Part shown: one piece after another, positions 1 to 11,135 of the stretch
Layout: every line of letters begins with the position of its first letter
How positions within the stretch are numbered: position 1 is the stretch's first letter
Assembly (NCBI GenBank): GCA_002269645.1
Contig: NIVC01001306.1
Location: 1 to 64,000, forward strand
Reading direction: 5' to 3'
Length of the DNA: 64,000 bases
Origin: Macrostomum lignano
Taxonomy: Eukaryota
Notes under the pieces: model-generated
Seen by the model: the letters and a program-made list of their open reading frames with translations, nothing else
Told to the model about the DNA's origin: nothing
Databases searched by the model: none
Made by a program: the position numbers and the translations under genes

Positions 1-91
1 CGACGTCGGCCTGACGCTGCGCCAGCTCGCGTTGAAGTGACCGGATCTGATCGCGCTGGGCCTCCACTGTGGCTTTGAGCTTGACCAGCAC
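1..91 (-). CDS. RILPL: RILP-like protein, coding exon 2 (truncated by window edge)
   Basis: CAG acceptor at 92-94; reads VLVKLKATVEAQRDQIRSLQRELAQRQADV, resembling the RILPL1 coiled coil (VMKKLKEVVDKQRDEIR); phase 0 matches exon 1. Confidence 0.8.
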   Translation of the reverse strand, partial: MLVKLKATVEAQRDQIRSLQRELAQRQADV

Positions 92-152
92 CTGAGGTTG
101 AAGCAAAGTTTTTTGAAATTTGAATTTTCATTTCCTATCTTAATGATTTATC

Positions 153-338
153 AGGGCGATGTCTGAAGATGTACAGGGGGCGTTTGTCTGAAGATGTACA
201 GTAGGGCGATTGTCTGAAGATGCACAGTAGGGCGATTGTCTGAAGATGTACAGTAGGGCGATTGTCTGAAGATGTACAGTAGGGTGATTGTCTGAAGGTG
301 TACAGTAGGGTGAATGTCTAAAGATGTACAGTAGGGAT
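153..338. repeat. 26-bp minisatellite GTCTGAAGATGTACAGTAGGGCGATT, ~7 copies
   Basis: Direct tandem copies in the RILPL intron, ~60 bp from the acceptor. Confidence 0.9.
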
Positions 339-888
339 TATTTAAAATATTTAACATGTACAAGGAGAGGTTGTGCTTCAGAGAGTCTAATACTGTTGAA
401 TATTCTCATAGACCGGCTATAAACTATGATTGTAAACTATTGGAGAAATAAAGCCTTAGCCAACTGAGAGTTTTAATCCTCGTTTTCCAGGAAGAAATGA
501 ATTTCCGCTGTTGCTTGGATGAACTTCACAATACAGCTATGCTAAATCTGATTGACGGGTTGAACTTTCTAATTCATTTTTTCAAGTCCCTGAGAAATTT
601 CTTCATCAATTTGAGTTCATTTCCGATGGAGACTGAGTACACATTCAGCTGGTAGTAGAGACTCAATGTAAATGGTCCCACGAATGAGTGGACTTGAGTG
701 GTTAAGAGATTAAGTAGAAATCTCCTTTAGAGCTATTGAACTATTAAACAGTACAGTCAAGCAGCACTACAGGGCTTCTGATATTCCATTATAAAGGATA
801 ACTGATATGTTTCATTCGATACTAAATTAAAACAGCTATAGTAAGTTTAGTATGCTGTAAATACAGGTACAGAGACACGAACTACAGA

Positions 889-1546
<658 letters not shown>

Positions 1547-2041
1547 CTGCAGCTCGGCCGTCTCCTTGCTGGATTGTTTCTTCAACAGGCTGCCTCCCGC
1601 CTGCTGCTGCTGAAGAGTCTGCTGCTGCTGTTGCTGAACAGTCGTGGACTCGCCGCCCTCCTTGGCAGTTTGCAGCTCCTGCTGCAGCCGCCGGTTGTCC
1701 TCCTGCAGCCGGCTAACAACGTCCATGAGCTCCTGGGTCTCATTGCGCCAGAGCTCTTCAATCTGCTCCAGCTCCCGCTCGAACCGGCTGCGATCGCCCT
1801 GCCGGGACACTTTCTCGGTCTCCAGACGGTCCACAACTCGCTGCAGATCGACCAGCTCTTTGCTCTCGGTCTCGTGCCGAGTAGCCAAGTCCTCCAGCTC
1901 CTCCAGCACGGAGATCACCTTCGGCATGAGGCCGGCGACAGCGTCGACACCGTAGCGATCGATAATTAATTCGAAGTCTTTGCCAATGGCCGAGGCAGCG
2001 TCATAGACGTCGGCCACGGACAGCATGTCCGATGTGGGCAT
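1547..2041 (-). CDS. RILPL: RILP-like protein, coding exon 1 (RH1 domain)
   Basis: MPTSDMLSVADVYDAASAIGKDFELIIDRYGVDAVAGLMPKVISVLEELE matches the RH1 domain of RILP/RILPL/JIP3; GT donor at 1546-1545 after ELQ; the rest of the track ORF is microsatellite read-through. Confidence 0.85.
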
Positions 2042-4017
2042 GTCCGAACCTGTCTTTTTGCTTACTGATTTTTTATTGATTGGCTGGACTGATTGTTTTG
2101 GTTCGATCTTCTAGTAGTTCCAAGCTGCAGTTTGATTCACAATTAAAAAGCAGGGGACTTACACTAAAAACTAATTACCTGTAATACATCATTCATCTAC
2201 CAACTGGCTACCTTAATATAAAAGCTATACTTTTAAGATAGCTGAAGTTAGTAATATAGAAAAAAATGTTAATATTAAATAAAAAACTTATTATTAAAAC
2301 TTATATAACAACTATTAGAAAGCATTGGTTGTTTTGCTTTTTAAATGGGATAAAAATGTCAATTCATTCAAAATTTATTCCTATAATTAGAACAAGGGGT
2401 AGGGGTAGAATAGAATTATACCAAGTCAAGCCTACTATGCTGACCATAGACTAAACTTTTGATGTTTAGTCAGAACTATCAATTCAAAAACAAAAGCAAA
2501 TGAAGAAGCTAAAGAGAAACAAAAGAGCACATAAGCTCTTGAAAAAAGCAGAAGCTAATCTGAAGCAGAAGCAGAAGCAGAACAGCTGCAGGCTGCAGGC
2601 TGAGGGGTGACTTCATTGAAAAGTCATCAGTCAAGGGTGATGGCGATGCTGCGTGATTGACTTTTCAGACCTCTCGACTTGGTGTAACTCTAACCTCCTA
2701 CCCCTTGTTGTATTTATAGGCACAACTTTTGAATGAATTGAAATTTTTACCCTATTTAAAAAGCAAAACAACTGTTGGATTTTTTTCTACTTATAACGCA
2801 AGTTGCATCAGATTTGAATATCACAGTCAGCCTCTGTACTAGTTTTTCCTGCTTTTTCTGGGAGAACCCTTGTAATAGAGTTTTAAATAAGGCTAATTTC
2901 AAAAGAATACAAATACAATTGAATTCTAAAAAATGTTTTCTGTATTGTTGAAAATTTAGCTGCCTTTTTAAATAAGAAAAAATATACTATTGTACTTAAA
3001 GACATAGTTATAGATTATTTATATAAAAGCTATAATTTTATAAGCTTTTTATAAGGTTATAAGCAATGCCATATATTAACTGTCTTTATTATACATGTAT
3101 AAGTGTATAAATAAATTCAATTGTTTCTTATCTACTTTTAAAATAATTTTTACAAAACCTATTTATATATATTATTTTAAATTTAGCACTTGAAAGTTGG
3201 AATTGCAGAAAATGATTGATTAAGGAAGTTGTTAGATATACAGCAATCGAGTAATTTGGAATATTTGGTCCCAGCTCCCATCTCCCGTCTCCCATCTCCC
3301 ATCTACCATCTGCCATCTGCCATCTCCCTATAGTATTTGGAATAGCTATCTGTAAAACTTTCCTTAGATAATTCCAATGTGAGTATATTTTTTCAGTAAT
3401 ATAAAAATACTATACAGCACAGTTGTAGCAATTATGACTCAGACATCAAAGCAAATTATAGCAATAAATGAAATTGATTATTAGGCCTACGCCTACGCCT
3501 GCTACATTAGACTAGAGGATCTGGACTCTGGAGTGGATCTCCATAAATTACATAATTTATTCAATAAATAGAAACAAATTCCTAATCAGTTAAAAATGCT
3601 ACATAAATTAAAAAATATAACTTTTCTCCAGCAAACTTCTGTACTTCTGTACTATTATATATATTACATGCAAAACTGAAGGTTATACCGTTTTATAAAA
3701 TTTTGGTTAATTCGTGGAATGAGACGAACGAATCAGTTTCAAAATGGAGTTTACCTATTTATCGCGTTCATTTAGGAAGTAAAACGAAGCATAAACTTTA
3801 AAGTTTGCAAATATATAGTAACTGTTATTAAATTAATCCCTGATGTCAATACGTTTATATTTATTACAAAATTCAACATTAAGTTGACCTCTGTATAATA
3901 ATTTTTGAGTCATTCGAAACCGTTTGTCTTCGCTTCAGTTAACGAATTTTCATTTCTACTCCAACTCCACTCATTATCATGTACCAATTCTTTTCAGAAT
4001 CCGTCTTGTCAGCACTC

Positions 4018-4092
4018 ATTTTATAAAGCGCCGCAGGCACTCATTTTAGCGCCGCAGGCACTCATTTTAGCGCCGCAGGCACCCATTTTGGC
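4018..4092. repeat. 21-bp repeat CACTCATTTTAGCGCCGCAGG, ~3 copies (TTTAGCGCC family)
   Basis: Tandem copies; inverse of the 10448 array unit. Confidence 0.8.
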
Positions 4093-4725
4093 GCTGCTTT
4101 AATAAAACGTAGGCTAGTCAAAGCAAATACGTTTTTTTAAATGTATATTATTCGAAATTTTTGCCTAGTCTTCATAACAAAAATTAATTGAGTAACTAAA
4201 AACTTCATTCAAAAATGATTTAGTTTACGGTTGACGTGACACTGCCAGCTACATGATTAAATGAATCATATTTTTGCGTCTGCAATTTATTCAGTTTAAT
4301 ACAATTTACTTAAATAAAAACTTCTTTTGCTAGTCCTAAAATCTTAGGTGATGTGATGAATATAAAAAAAATCCAGCATTAGTAAAAAAGTACGGAAAGA
4401 ATTATTAGGTAACCATTGTCTATTTTTATCAATTTCGTTTGAAATCTGTCTACTAGTCAACAGTCAACAGAACTATCTGCAGGCTGCAGATCTGTTGTTA
4501 ATTTTCTTGGGCTGATTGGACACTGAAAGCAGGGGTCGAAAATTTAGAGTAATTATGAAACTATATGTGTACTATCAATCCCTATATTACATTGTACTTG
4601 ATTTTTGGCTATGCTATGCTATTTTTGGACCTAATTTTGCTATTTATTAAGCATATAGTTTATTTTCCATCAGATATAGCCTAGCTGAATGACCTGCATG
4701 AGAATACTTGGCAACACAGCGAAAA

Positions 4726-4894
4726 ATGGCGCAACAGGCTGTGAATGTTCACTCAACCTCGCAGACAACAGACAATATGAGCAGGCACGAGATGCTTGGC
4801 TGGATCAACGCGTCAATGCAGACTAATCTGGGCAAAATTGAGGAATTGGCTACTGGCGCAGTTTACTGCCAGTTAATGGATATGCTTTTTCCTG
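4726..4894 (+). CDS. MAPRE: EB1/MAPRE microtubule end-binding protein, exon 1 (CH domain start)
   Basis: [28 protein letters not shown]...[14 protein letters not shown] is the canonical EB1 N-terminus; GTAAGA donor, phase 1. Confidence 0.92.
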
Positions 4895-4968
4895 GTAAGA
4901 AGCCTCTGCTAGATAATTATATTAGTAATAAAAGGTAAAAAAATATTTTGATGTTGTTTCACTTTCAG

Positions 4969-5075
4969 GAACCTTGACATTTAAGAAAGTGAAATTCAAC
5001 ACAAACCTGGAGCACGAATACATCAACAACTTCAAGTTGTTGCAAGCTCTGTTTAAGAAGCACGGAGTTGACAAG
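4969..5075 (+). CDS. MAPRE: EB1/MAPRE exon 2
   Basis: TTTCAG acceptor; [31 protein letters not shown]; GTTAGT donor, phase 0. Confidence 0.92.
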
Positions 5076-5331
5076 GTTAGTGGCCAGTTATTTTGGTTAT
5101 GGTAATGTAGTACTTGACACTGTATTTCATTGCTATTGTTGATGCTGTTGCTAGGATAAATGCAAGTCGAAATATTGAGATGATTAGGGGCGTCGCCAAC
5201 TTGGGGGAGGGCAAGGGGGGGTGCTTTCACAAGGTCGAAATTTCACAACGTCGAAAAACAAATTCTTGGACAAGGTCGATGCTCCCCCCAAAAGCAGCAA
5301 AACAAAAAACAAAAGAAACCAAGACCTGTCC

Positions 5332-8300
5332 TTAGACCTTATAACAAACAGGTTTACGAGGCCGCAAATCATACGAGCTGTGGGGCTGGAGAGTCTTATC
5401 TCCAGAACTCAGCGGGGAGTCACAGTCAGTCACCTCGGGTTCACGCAGCTCCGAGTCAGAGCCAGCCTTTGCACCCTGAATCGATAGCCCAGCCTGATCC
5501 TCGGATCCAGCCGCCTCGGTCAGCCGCCGATCGGCCTCCGCCTCCGGGCGGCAGCTCCATTGGTTTGCGTGCGCCATCCGCCGTCCACCGTCTGGTAGGT
5601 CAGCTGAGGTCACCAGAGCTGTGTTCCGGCCGTGCTGCACGATGAACTTGGCCGGAACTGGAGCCGTGCCAGGCCGAGCCCTCAGCCAGATGGAGTCACC
5701 CACCTGCTCGGTCATCGTCAGCGGATGGCGCAGCCGGCGTCCCCACATGAGAATGTCCGGCGAGCTGGAACGATTCCCGCTAGGCCTGCTGGTGCGAATG
5801 GTTAGGAGCAATTTCTGCAGGAACTGGTCAAATGGGACCACTTTCGTCCACGTCTTCAGCCCGCCTTTGAGACTCCTCACCAACCGCTCAGCCTGCCCGT
5901 TCGATGCCGGATGGTACGGTGGGGTGTGCATCTCCTGGCAGCCGACACTGTTCAGCCACTGCGAGACTCTTTCCGACCTGAACTCAGGCGCATTATCCGA
6001 CACTAGCGTCCGTGGCACTCCATTTCTGGCGAACACCGCTCTCAGCACTCTCAGCACACTGCCCGCAGACCTGTCTGGGACCTGGACAGCTTCTGGCCAA
6101 CCCGAGTATGCATCAGACAGCAACAGTAGCAAGCCCACTCCTGGCACCTCACAGTGGTCCATGTGGACCCGGGACCACGGCTCGCTCTCGGATGGCCAGA
6201 TGTCAATTTTCCGCTGAACCACCGGCCGTCTTTCAGCGCACAGCTGACACCGCTCAACAAACTGACGGACATCGCGATCCAGTCCAGGCCACCAGAACTC
6301 CTTAGACACATGGGCCTTAGTATTTTCCGCGCTCGGGTGCACCTCATCATGCGCGGTCTCCAAAATGCGCCGCCGGAGAATGGTCGGAGGCACCACCCTG
6401 GTACCGTGGATGACCAGCCCGTTCTCCACAGACAACGCTTCCCGACACGCTTTGTACGGCCGCTCCAGCTGAGAGACCTGACCCCACCGGCCTGTCCTGA
6501 TTCTCTGCTGGAGTCTTTGAAGCAGTGAACACCGGGAAGTACTTTCTCTCAGCTCCTCCACGGTAACCAAGCCTCCGTCAGTGATCAACTCAGTCTGGTG
6601 AACCGACTCCGTCTCAGGATCGAGGTTTTCAAAGCTCAGCCTTGATAGAGCGTCAGCATCCTGCATCTTCTTTCCCGGCACATATTCAATCTCGTAATCA
6701 TAAGCCGATAGCCGCAGAGCCCACCGGGTTAGTCTGGCAGAAACAGTCTTTGGAAGATTCTTGCAAGGATTCAGAATAAACTTCAAAGGCTCGTGATCGG
6801 TCTGCAGAATGAATTTCTTCCCTAGCAACATTTTCCGAGCTCGTTCAACCGCCCAAACAATAGCCAGCGCTTCTCTCTCGATGTTTGAATAGTTGGTTTC
6901 TGCCTGTGTGAGCGCCCTGGACATGAACATGACGGGATGTCCAGATTGGACCAGCACCGCGCCCAAGGACTTCTCGCTCGCATCAACTCGAAGACAGACA
7001 GGCGCGGAAACATCAAACGGCTTGATGCACGGGTTTGAGGCCAGACTCCTTTTGACCTCCGAAAATGCCGCCTCAGCCACCGCGTTCCATTCAAAGACCC
7101 GGTCACCGCGGCGAAGCTCCTGAAGAGGCCGACATTTCTCAGAAAAGTTTGGAACCAGCCGTCCATAAAATTGAGCCAGTCCTAGAAATCTCTCCAAATC
7201 TTTCTTGGTCTTCGGCACCTCGACATCCATCACACGTTTCACCATGCCCGGATCGGGTTTTATTCCTTCATCATCAATAATGTGACCAAGAAACTTCAGG
7301 CTGTTGGCTTCCATCACGCACTTCGCCTCGTTGATCTTGACATTTGCGGCCTTTAACTTGTTGAGCACCTGCTCCCTAATTTTCTGCAACTCTGCCCGGC
7401 TTGCAGCACCGATCAGCACATCGTCCTGATATACTATGACACATGGATGGTCTCCCAGGAGCTTTTCCATCACACGTTGAAAAACAGATGGCGACACCTT
7501 AATGCCATACGGCAACCGGTTAAACCTGTAGCAACCAAACGGAGTGTTTATGGTGGTCACCGCCTTCGATTCCTCATCCAGGGGAACCTGATAGTACGCA
7601 TCCGATAGGTCCAACCGACAGAACAGCTTCTTGTTGGCCATTTTCGAAAAGGCTGTCTCAATCGAGGGAGTGAGGAAGGTCTGGTCTTGAACCAACCGAT
7701 TAACAGCCGAATAATCTCCACAAATTCTCACGGATGCCCGATCTGACTTCACCGTCACCACAATTGGACTGCCCCATTCCGACGACATCACCTTCTCAAC
7801 GATTCCAGCACTTTCCATCAGGTCCAGCTCCTTCTTAACCAAGTGCTTCAGCGCTAAGGGCAGTTCTCTGGCTGCCTGGAAAATTGGCCTAGCTCCAGCA
7901 CAAAGACGGATTTCTCCCGTAGCACCAGATATTCCCAACAAGCTCTCATACCTGTTGCTGGCGGCTGACTCATCAGAACTGGCATGGTGCACCGGTGCGA
8001 GGACCAGCAGATTCCGGCCGAGCAGCCCAAACTCCTGTTGGCAGTCGATGACGGGCAGCTCTGCCGCCTTGAAGCGGCCGATGTTGCCAGTGGTCTCCAC
8101 CAGGCATTCCAGAACGCCCATCTGTCTCATAACGTGTCCGTCATACGCCAGCATGCGCGACTTCGCCGACTTCAGCGGGGGCCTTCCGAGCTCATTCCAG
8201 ATCCTTCGTGAGATTAACGAGCAGGAGGCACCGCTGTCCTTCTCCATCAGTACTTCTCTGTGATTGATTTTCACAGTGCAGAACTCGGCAGGCTTTCCTT

Positions 8301-9234
8301 CTCCACAGTAGAATACGGGCTCATCACGATAGGAGTCTTCTGGACTCAGCTGAGTGCCGACTGCTTCAGCTGGGGTAGCGAAGTGGGTCCTGGCACCGCG
8401 GCACACACGGGCAAAGTGGCCAGGCTTTCCACATTGATTGCAGGTGGCTCTCAGGGCTCGGCAGTCAGCGGGCTTCTGGTGCGATCTCAACCCGCAACGC
8501 TGACAGCGCTGGTGTCCGAAGTTCTGCTTCTGCCTCATAACCGAATTAACGTTGACAGAGCCGGAGCTATCCGGATGGCAGTGAGCTTCATCAGCCGTAG
8601 TCAGACCCGCGGTCGACAGCGACCTAGCCTGGTGCACCACCGAATCCACAAGAGTCGAGTGAGCAGCAGTCTGGGACCCAGCTGAAAAGTTGCTGACCAT
8701 CAGCAGCTGCTGAACATATTCTGTGACCTGATCGACCGTCAGTTCTTGAGTAACTTCACGCTCGAGCACCTTGTTCCTGATGTTCGAGTTGGCCAGACCG
8801 GCAATGAGCCGCATCTTGATGAGCGCTTCGGCGGGGTCCGCTCCTTCCTTTTTAAGGCTCTCGAACTCGCATACGACGGCTTGCTCCCTGAGACGAGCGG
8901 CATAGCTGGTGACGGTTTCGCCTTCGGCCTGGCGCATAGACATGAAGGCTGTCCTCTCAGCGATCTGCAGTTTCTTCTTGGGCTCCACAAACGCCAGTAG
9001 GCATTGCTTGATTTCAGACCATTTCATCTCAGACGGGGTTTTTGGAGCAACCAGCTGCTTGACTTTTATGAGCTCAGCGACCCCGAGGCAGCCCATGAAA
9101 GCGTCGGTCAGCGCTCGTCTCTCGTCGGTATCTTCGACTCCTTTGGATCTGGCCTGGGCGTCAAATACTTCAACCCAGGCGCGAAGCTCATCTATGTTGC
9201 TCAACGGCAGCGTCTCTCTCAATTTGATGCTCAT
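5332..9234 (-). CDS. Gag-Pol polyprotein, 1300 aa, uninterrupted
   Basis: Two CCHC knuckles (CQRCGLRSHQKPADC, CNQCGKPGHFARVC), protease DSG, RT YQDD, RNase H VDAS, integrase HHCC and D,D,E, in gypsy order. Confidence 0.97.
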   Translation of the reverse strand: MSIKLRETLPLSNIDELRAWVEVFDAQARSKGVEDTDERRALTDAFMGCLGVAELIKVKQLVAPKTPSEMKWSEIKQCLLAFVEPKKKLQIAERTAFMSMRQAEGETVTSYAARLREQAVVCEFESLKKEGADPAEALIKMRLIAGLANSNIRNKVLEREVTQELTVDQVTEYVQQLLMVSNFSAGSQTAAHSTLVDSVVHQARSLSTAGLTTADEAHCHPDSSGSVNVNSVMRQKQNFGHQRCQRCGLRSHQKPADCRALRATCNQCGKPGHFARVCRGARTHFATPAEAVGTQLSPEDSYRDEPVFYCGEGKPAEFCTVKINHREVLMEKDSGASCSLISRRIWNELGRPPLKSAKSRMLAYDGHVMRQMGVLECLVETTGNIGRFKAAELPVIDCQQEFGLLGRNLLVLAPVHHASSDESAASNRYESLLGISGATGEIRLCAGARPIFQAARELPLALKHLVKKELDLMESAGIVEKVMSSEWGSPIVVTVKSDRASVRICGDYSAVNRLVQDQTFLTPSIETAFSKMANKKLFCRLDLSDAYYQVPLDEESKAVTTINTPFGCYRFNRLPYGIKVSPSVFQRVMEKLLGDHPCVIVYQDDVLIGAASRAELQKIREQVLNKLKAANVKINEAKCVMEANSLKFLGHIIDDEGIKPDPGMVKRVMDVEVPKTKKDLERFLGLAQFYGRLVPNFSEKCRPLQELRRGDRVFEWNAVAEAAFSEVKRSLASNPCIKPFDVSAPVCLRVDASEKSLGAVLVQSGHPVMFMSRALTQAETNYSNIEREALAIVWAVERARKMLLGKKFILQTDHEPLKFILNPCKNLPKTVSARLTRWALRLSAYDYEIEYVPGKKMQDADALSRLSFENLDPETESVHQTELITDGGLVTVEELRESTSRCSLLQRLQQRIRTGRWGQVSQLERPYKACREALSVENGLVIHGTRVVPPTILRRRILETAHDEVHPSAENTKAHVSKEFWWPGLDRDVRQFVERCQLCAERRPVVQRKIDIWPSESEPWSRVHMDHCEVPGVGLLLLLSDAYSGWPEAVQVPDRSAGSVLRVLRAVFARNGVPRTLVSDNAPEFRSERVSQWLNSVGCQEMHTPPYHPASNGQAERLVRSLKGGLKTWTKVVPFDQFLQKLLLTIRTSRPSGNRSSSPDILMWGRRLRHPLTMTEQVGDSIWLRARPGTAPVPAKFIVQHGRNTALVTSADLPDGGRRMAHANQWSCRPEAEADRRLTEAAGSEDQAGLSIQGAKAGSDSELREPEVTDCDSPLSSGDKTLQPHSSYDLRPRKPVCYKV

Positions 9235-9235
9235 G

Positions 9236-9253
9236 ATCCTGCTTGCGACGCCA
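9236..9253 (-). promoter_or_regulatory. Primer-binding site, tRNA-Ser-like
   Basis: TGGCGTCGCAAGCAGGAT, 3 nt after the LTR's terminal CA; the complement ends in CCA and resembles tRNA-Ser 3' ends. Confidence 0.8.
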
Positions 9254-9256
9254 AAA

Positions 9257-9544
9257 TGTTAGTCTAGGAAAACTGAGTCAAGTCATGTTTGCAAGCGAAG
9301 GAGAATACAATTGAAAGATCTCTACCGAAGTGACGAAAGTATTTATTTGACTACATAACACGAAACCACGTACATCAGTAGACAAACGCCATCCGATTGG
9401 CTGGGGGTTAAAACCATGCACACTGGCAAGCACAAATGTACACAGGTAGGGGTAAAACGATAGCGCGCAAGAATGATCAGTCACGGGAGGGAGAGAGAGA
9501 GAGACAAGTGAAACAACATGAAAAACCAAAGTACAACCCCAACA
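9257..9544 (-). repeat. LTR (288 bp), the only copy
   Basis: TG...CA termini with TGTT/AACA inverted ends; AATAAA on the - strand at 9342-9347; abuts the PBS. Confidence 0.85.
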
Positions 9545-10447
9545 GTCGAAATTTTACAAGGTCGAAAACTCTAGCAGAAGACTTCATAAGGTCGAAATTT
9601 CACAAGATCGAAATTTCACAACATCGAAAACTCGAAAAGCAGCCACTTTCATAAGGTCGAAATTTCACAACGTAGAAAACTCAAATGGCAGCCACTTTCA
9701 CAAGGTCGAAATTTCACAAGATCGAAATTTCACAACACCGAAAACTCTAGCAAGAGATTTCATAAAGTCGAAATTTCAAAAGGTCGAAATTTCATAACAT
9801 CGAAAACTCAAATAGTATCCACTTTCACAAGGTCGAAACTTCATAAGATCGAAATTTCACAAGGTCGAAAATTTAATATAACAAGAACTATACAGTAGTT
9901 TTCTACGTTGTGAAATTTCGACCTTGTGAAATTTCGACCTTATGAAGTCCCTTCCTAAAGTTTTCGATGTGAAATTTCGACCTTGTGAAGTTTCGACCTT
10001 GTGAAAGGGGCTGCTATTTGAGTTTTCGATGTTCTGAAATTTCGACCTTGTGAAACTTCGACTTTATGAAGTCTCTTGCTAAAGTTTTCGATGTTGTGAA
10101 ATTTCGACCTTGTGAAATTTCGACCTTATGAAAGTGGCTGCTTTTCGAGTTTTCGATGTTGTGAAATTTCGATCTTGTGAAATTTCGACCTTGTGAAAGT
10201 GGCTGCTTTTCGAGTTTTCGATGTTATGAAATTTCGACCTTGTGAAATTTCGACCTTATGAAGGAGGGTGCTTTCGACGTTGAGAAATTTCGAGTTTGTG
10301 AAACCCCCCCCCCCAAGGGGGACACAGAAGTAAAAGCTGTGGGGGGGAGATATGCCAATGCGTTGTCCTTCGCCCCACCTTGTGACCCGTTATCAAAATC
10401 AAGAATCAAGAACAGAGCGTCAAAATGAGTGACTGCCGATCACAGAA

Positions 10448-10782
10448 ATGAGTTCTGTGGCTCTAAAAATGAGCGTCTGTGGCGCTAAAATGAGTGTCTG
10501 TGGCGCTAAAATGAGTGTCTGTGGCGCTAAAATGAGTGCATGTGGCGCTAAAATGAGTGTCTGTGGCGCTAAAATGAGTGTCTTTGGCGCTAAAATGAGT
10601 ATCTGTGGCGCTAAAATGAGTGTATGTGACGCTAAAATGAGTGTCTGTGGCGCTAAAATGAGTGTCTTTGGCGCTAAAATGAGTATCTGTGGCGCTAAAA
10701 TGAGTGTATGTGACGCTAAAATGAGTGTCTGTGGCGCTAAAATGAGTGTCTTTGGCGCTAAAATGAGTGCATGTGGCGCCAA
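10448..10782. repeat. 21-bp minisatellite GTGGCGCTAAAATGAGTGTCT, ~16 copies
   Basis: Tandem copies; 7-aa periodic spurious ORFs. Confidence 0.95.
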
Positions 10783-11135
10783 AAATCAGTACTAACAACA
10801 CTGATTCCCAAAATATAGGAACTAGGAACTTTTCGTTTAAGATTCTTGACTTTTTTCTCCCCCACCATAAACTCTATAAACTCCATAAACCATGGTGACA
10901 CTATTTTAAATTGGTCCGACCAGTTGACTACAATCGCCACGGTCCGGAGCCTTGCGTTGGGTTCAATTTCAGCGCTTAAGTTGACATTATTTTTTGCAGT
11001 TACTAAAATACGATTTAGAAATGTCTTTCAAGCATTCTTCAAGCATCCAAATTTATTCTGTATGACTTGGCGTTTAGCTCCACCGCACCACACTGGAGTG
11101 GCTTGCCGCCTCACCCTCCACTTCAACCAAAACAG

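Larger units (their letters stand above)
5280..9544 (-). mobile_element. Ty3/gypsy (Mag/K02A2.6-like) LTR retrotransposon with a single LTR, in EB1 intron 2, antisense to EB1
   Basis: 5' LTR 9544-9257 (TGTT...AACA), PBS, one gag-pol ORF, U-tract/PPT, ends in CA at 5280; flanked by GTCGA at 5275-5279 and 9545-9549. Confidence 0.9.
5185..10392. mobile_element. Foldback/MITE-like element built of inverted arrays of a 16-bp unit (AAGGTCGAAATTTCAC), interrupted by the gypsy insertion
   Basis: Forward units at 5229-5279 and 9545-~9870, reverse-complement units at ~9900-10300; left end AGGGGCGTCGCCAA is hAT-like; right terminus degenerate, no TSD found. Confidence 0.5.

Noticed and set aside
2042-4725. 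AG dinucleotides 2-8 nt before the ATGs of RILPL, EB1 and the 47048 gene as spliced-leader trans-splice acceptors
   Set aside because: AG near an ATG is common by chance and the pyrimidine tracts are weak; undecidable without 5' cDNA ends.
5621-9267. Plus-strand and alternate-frame ORFs over the retrotransposon
   Set aside because: Shadow ORFs of a GC-rich pol gene with no recognisable motifs.
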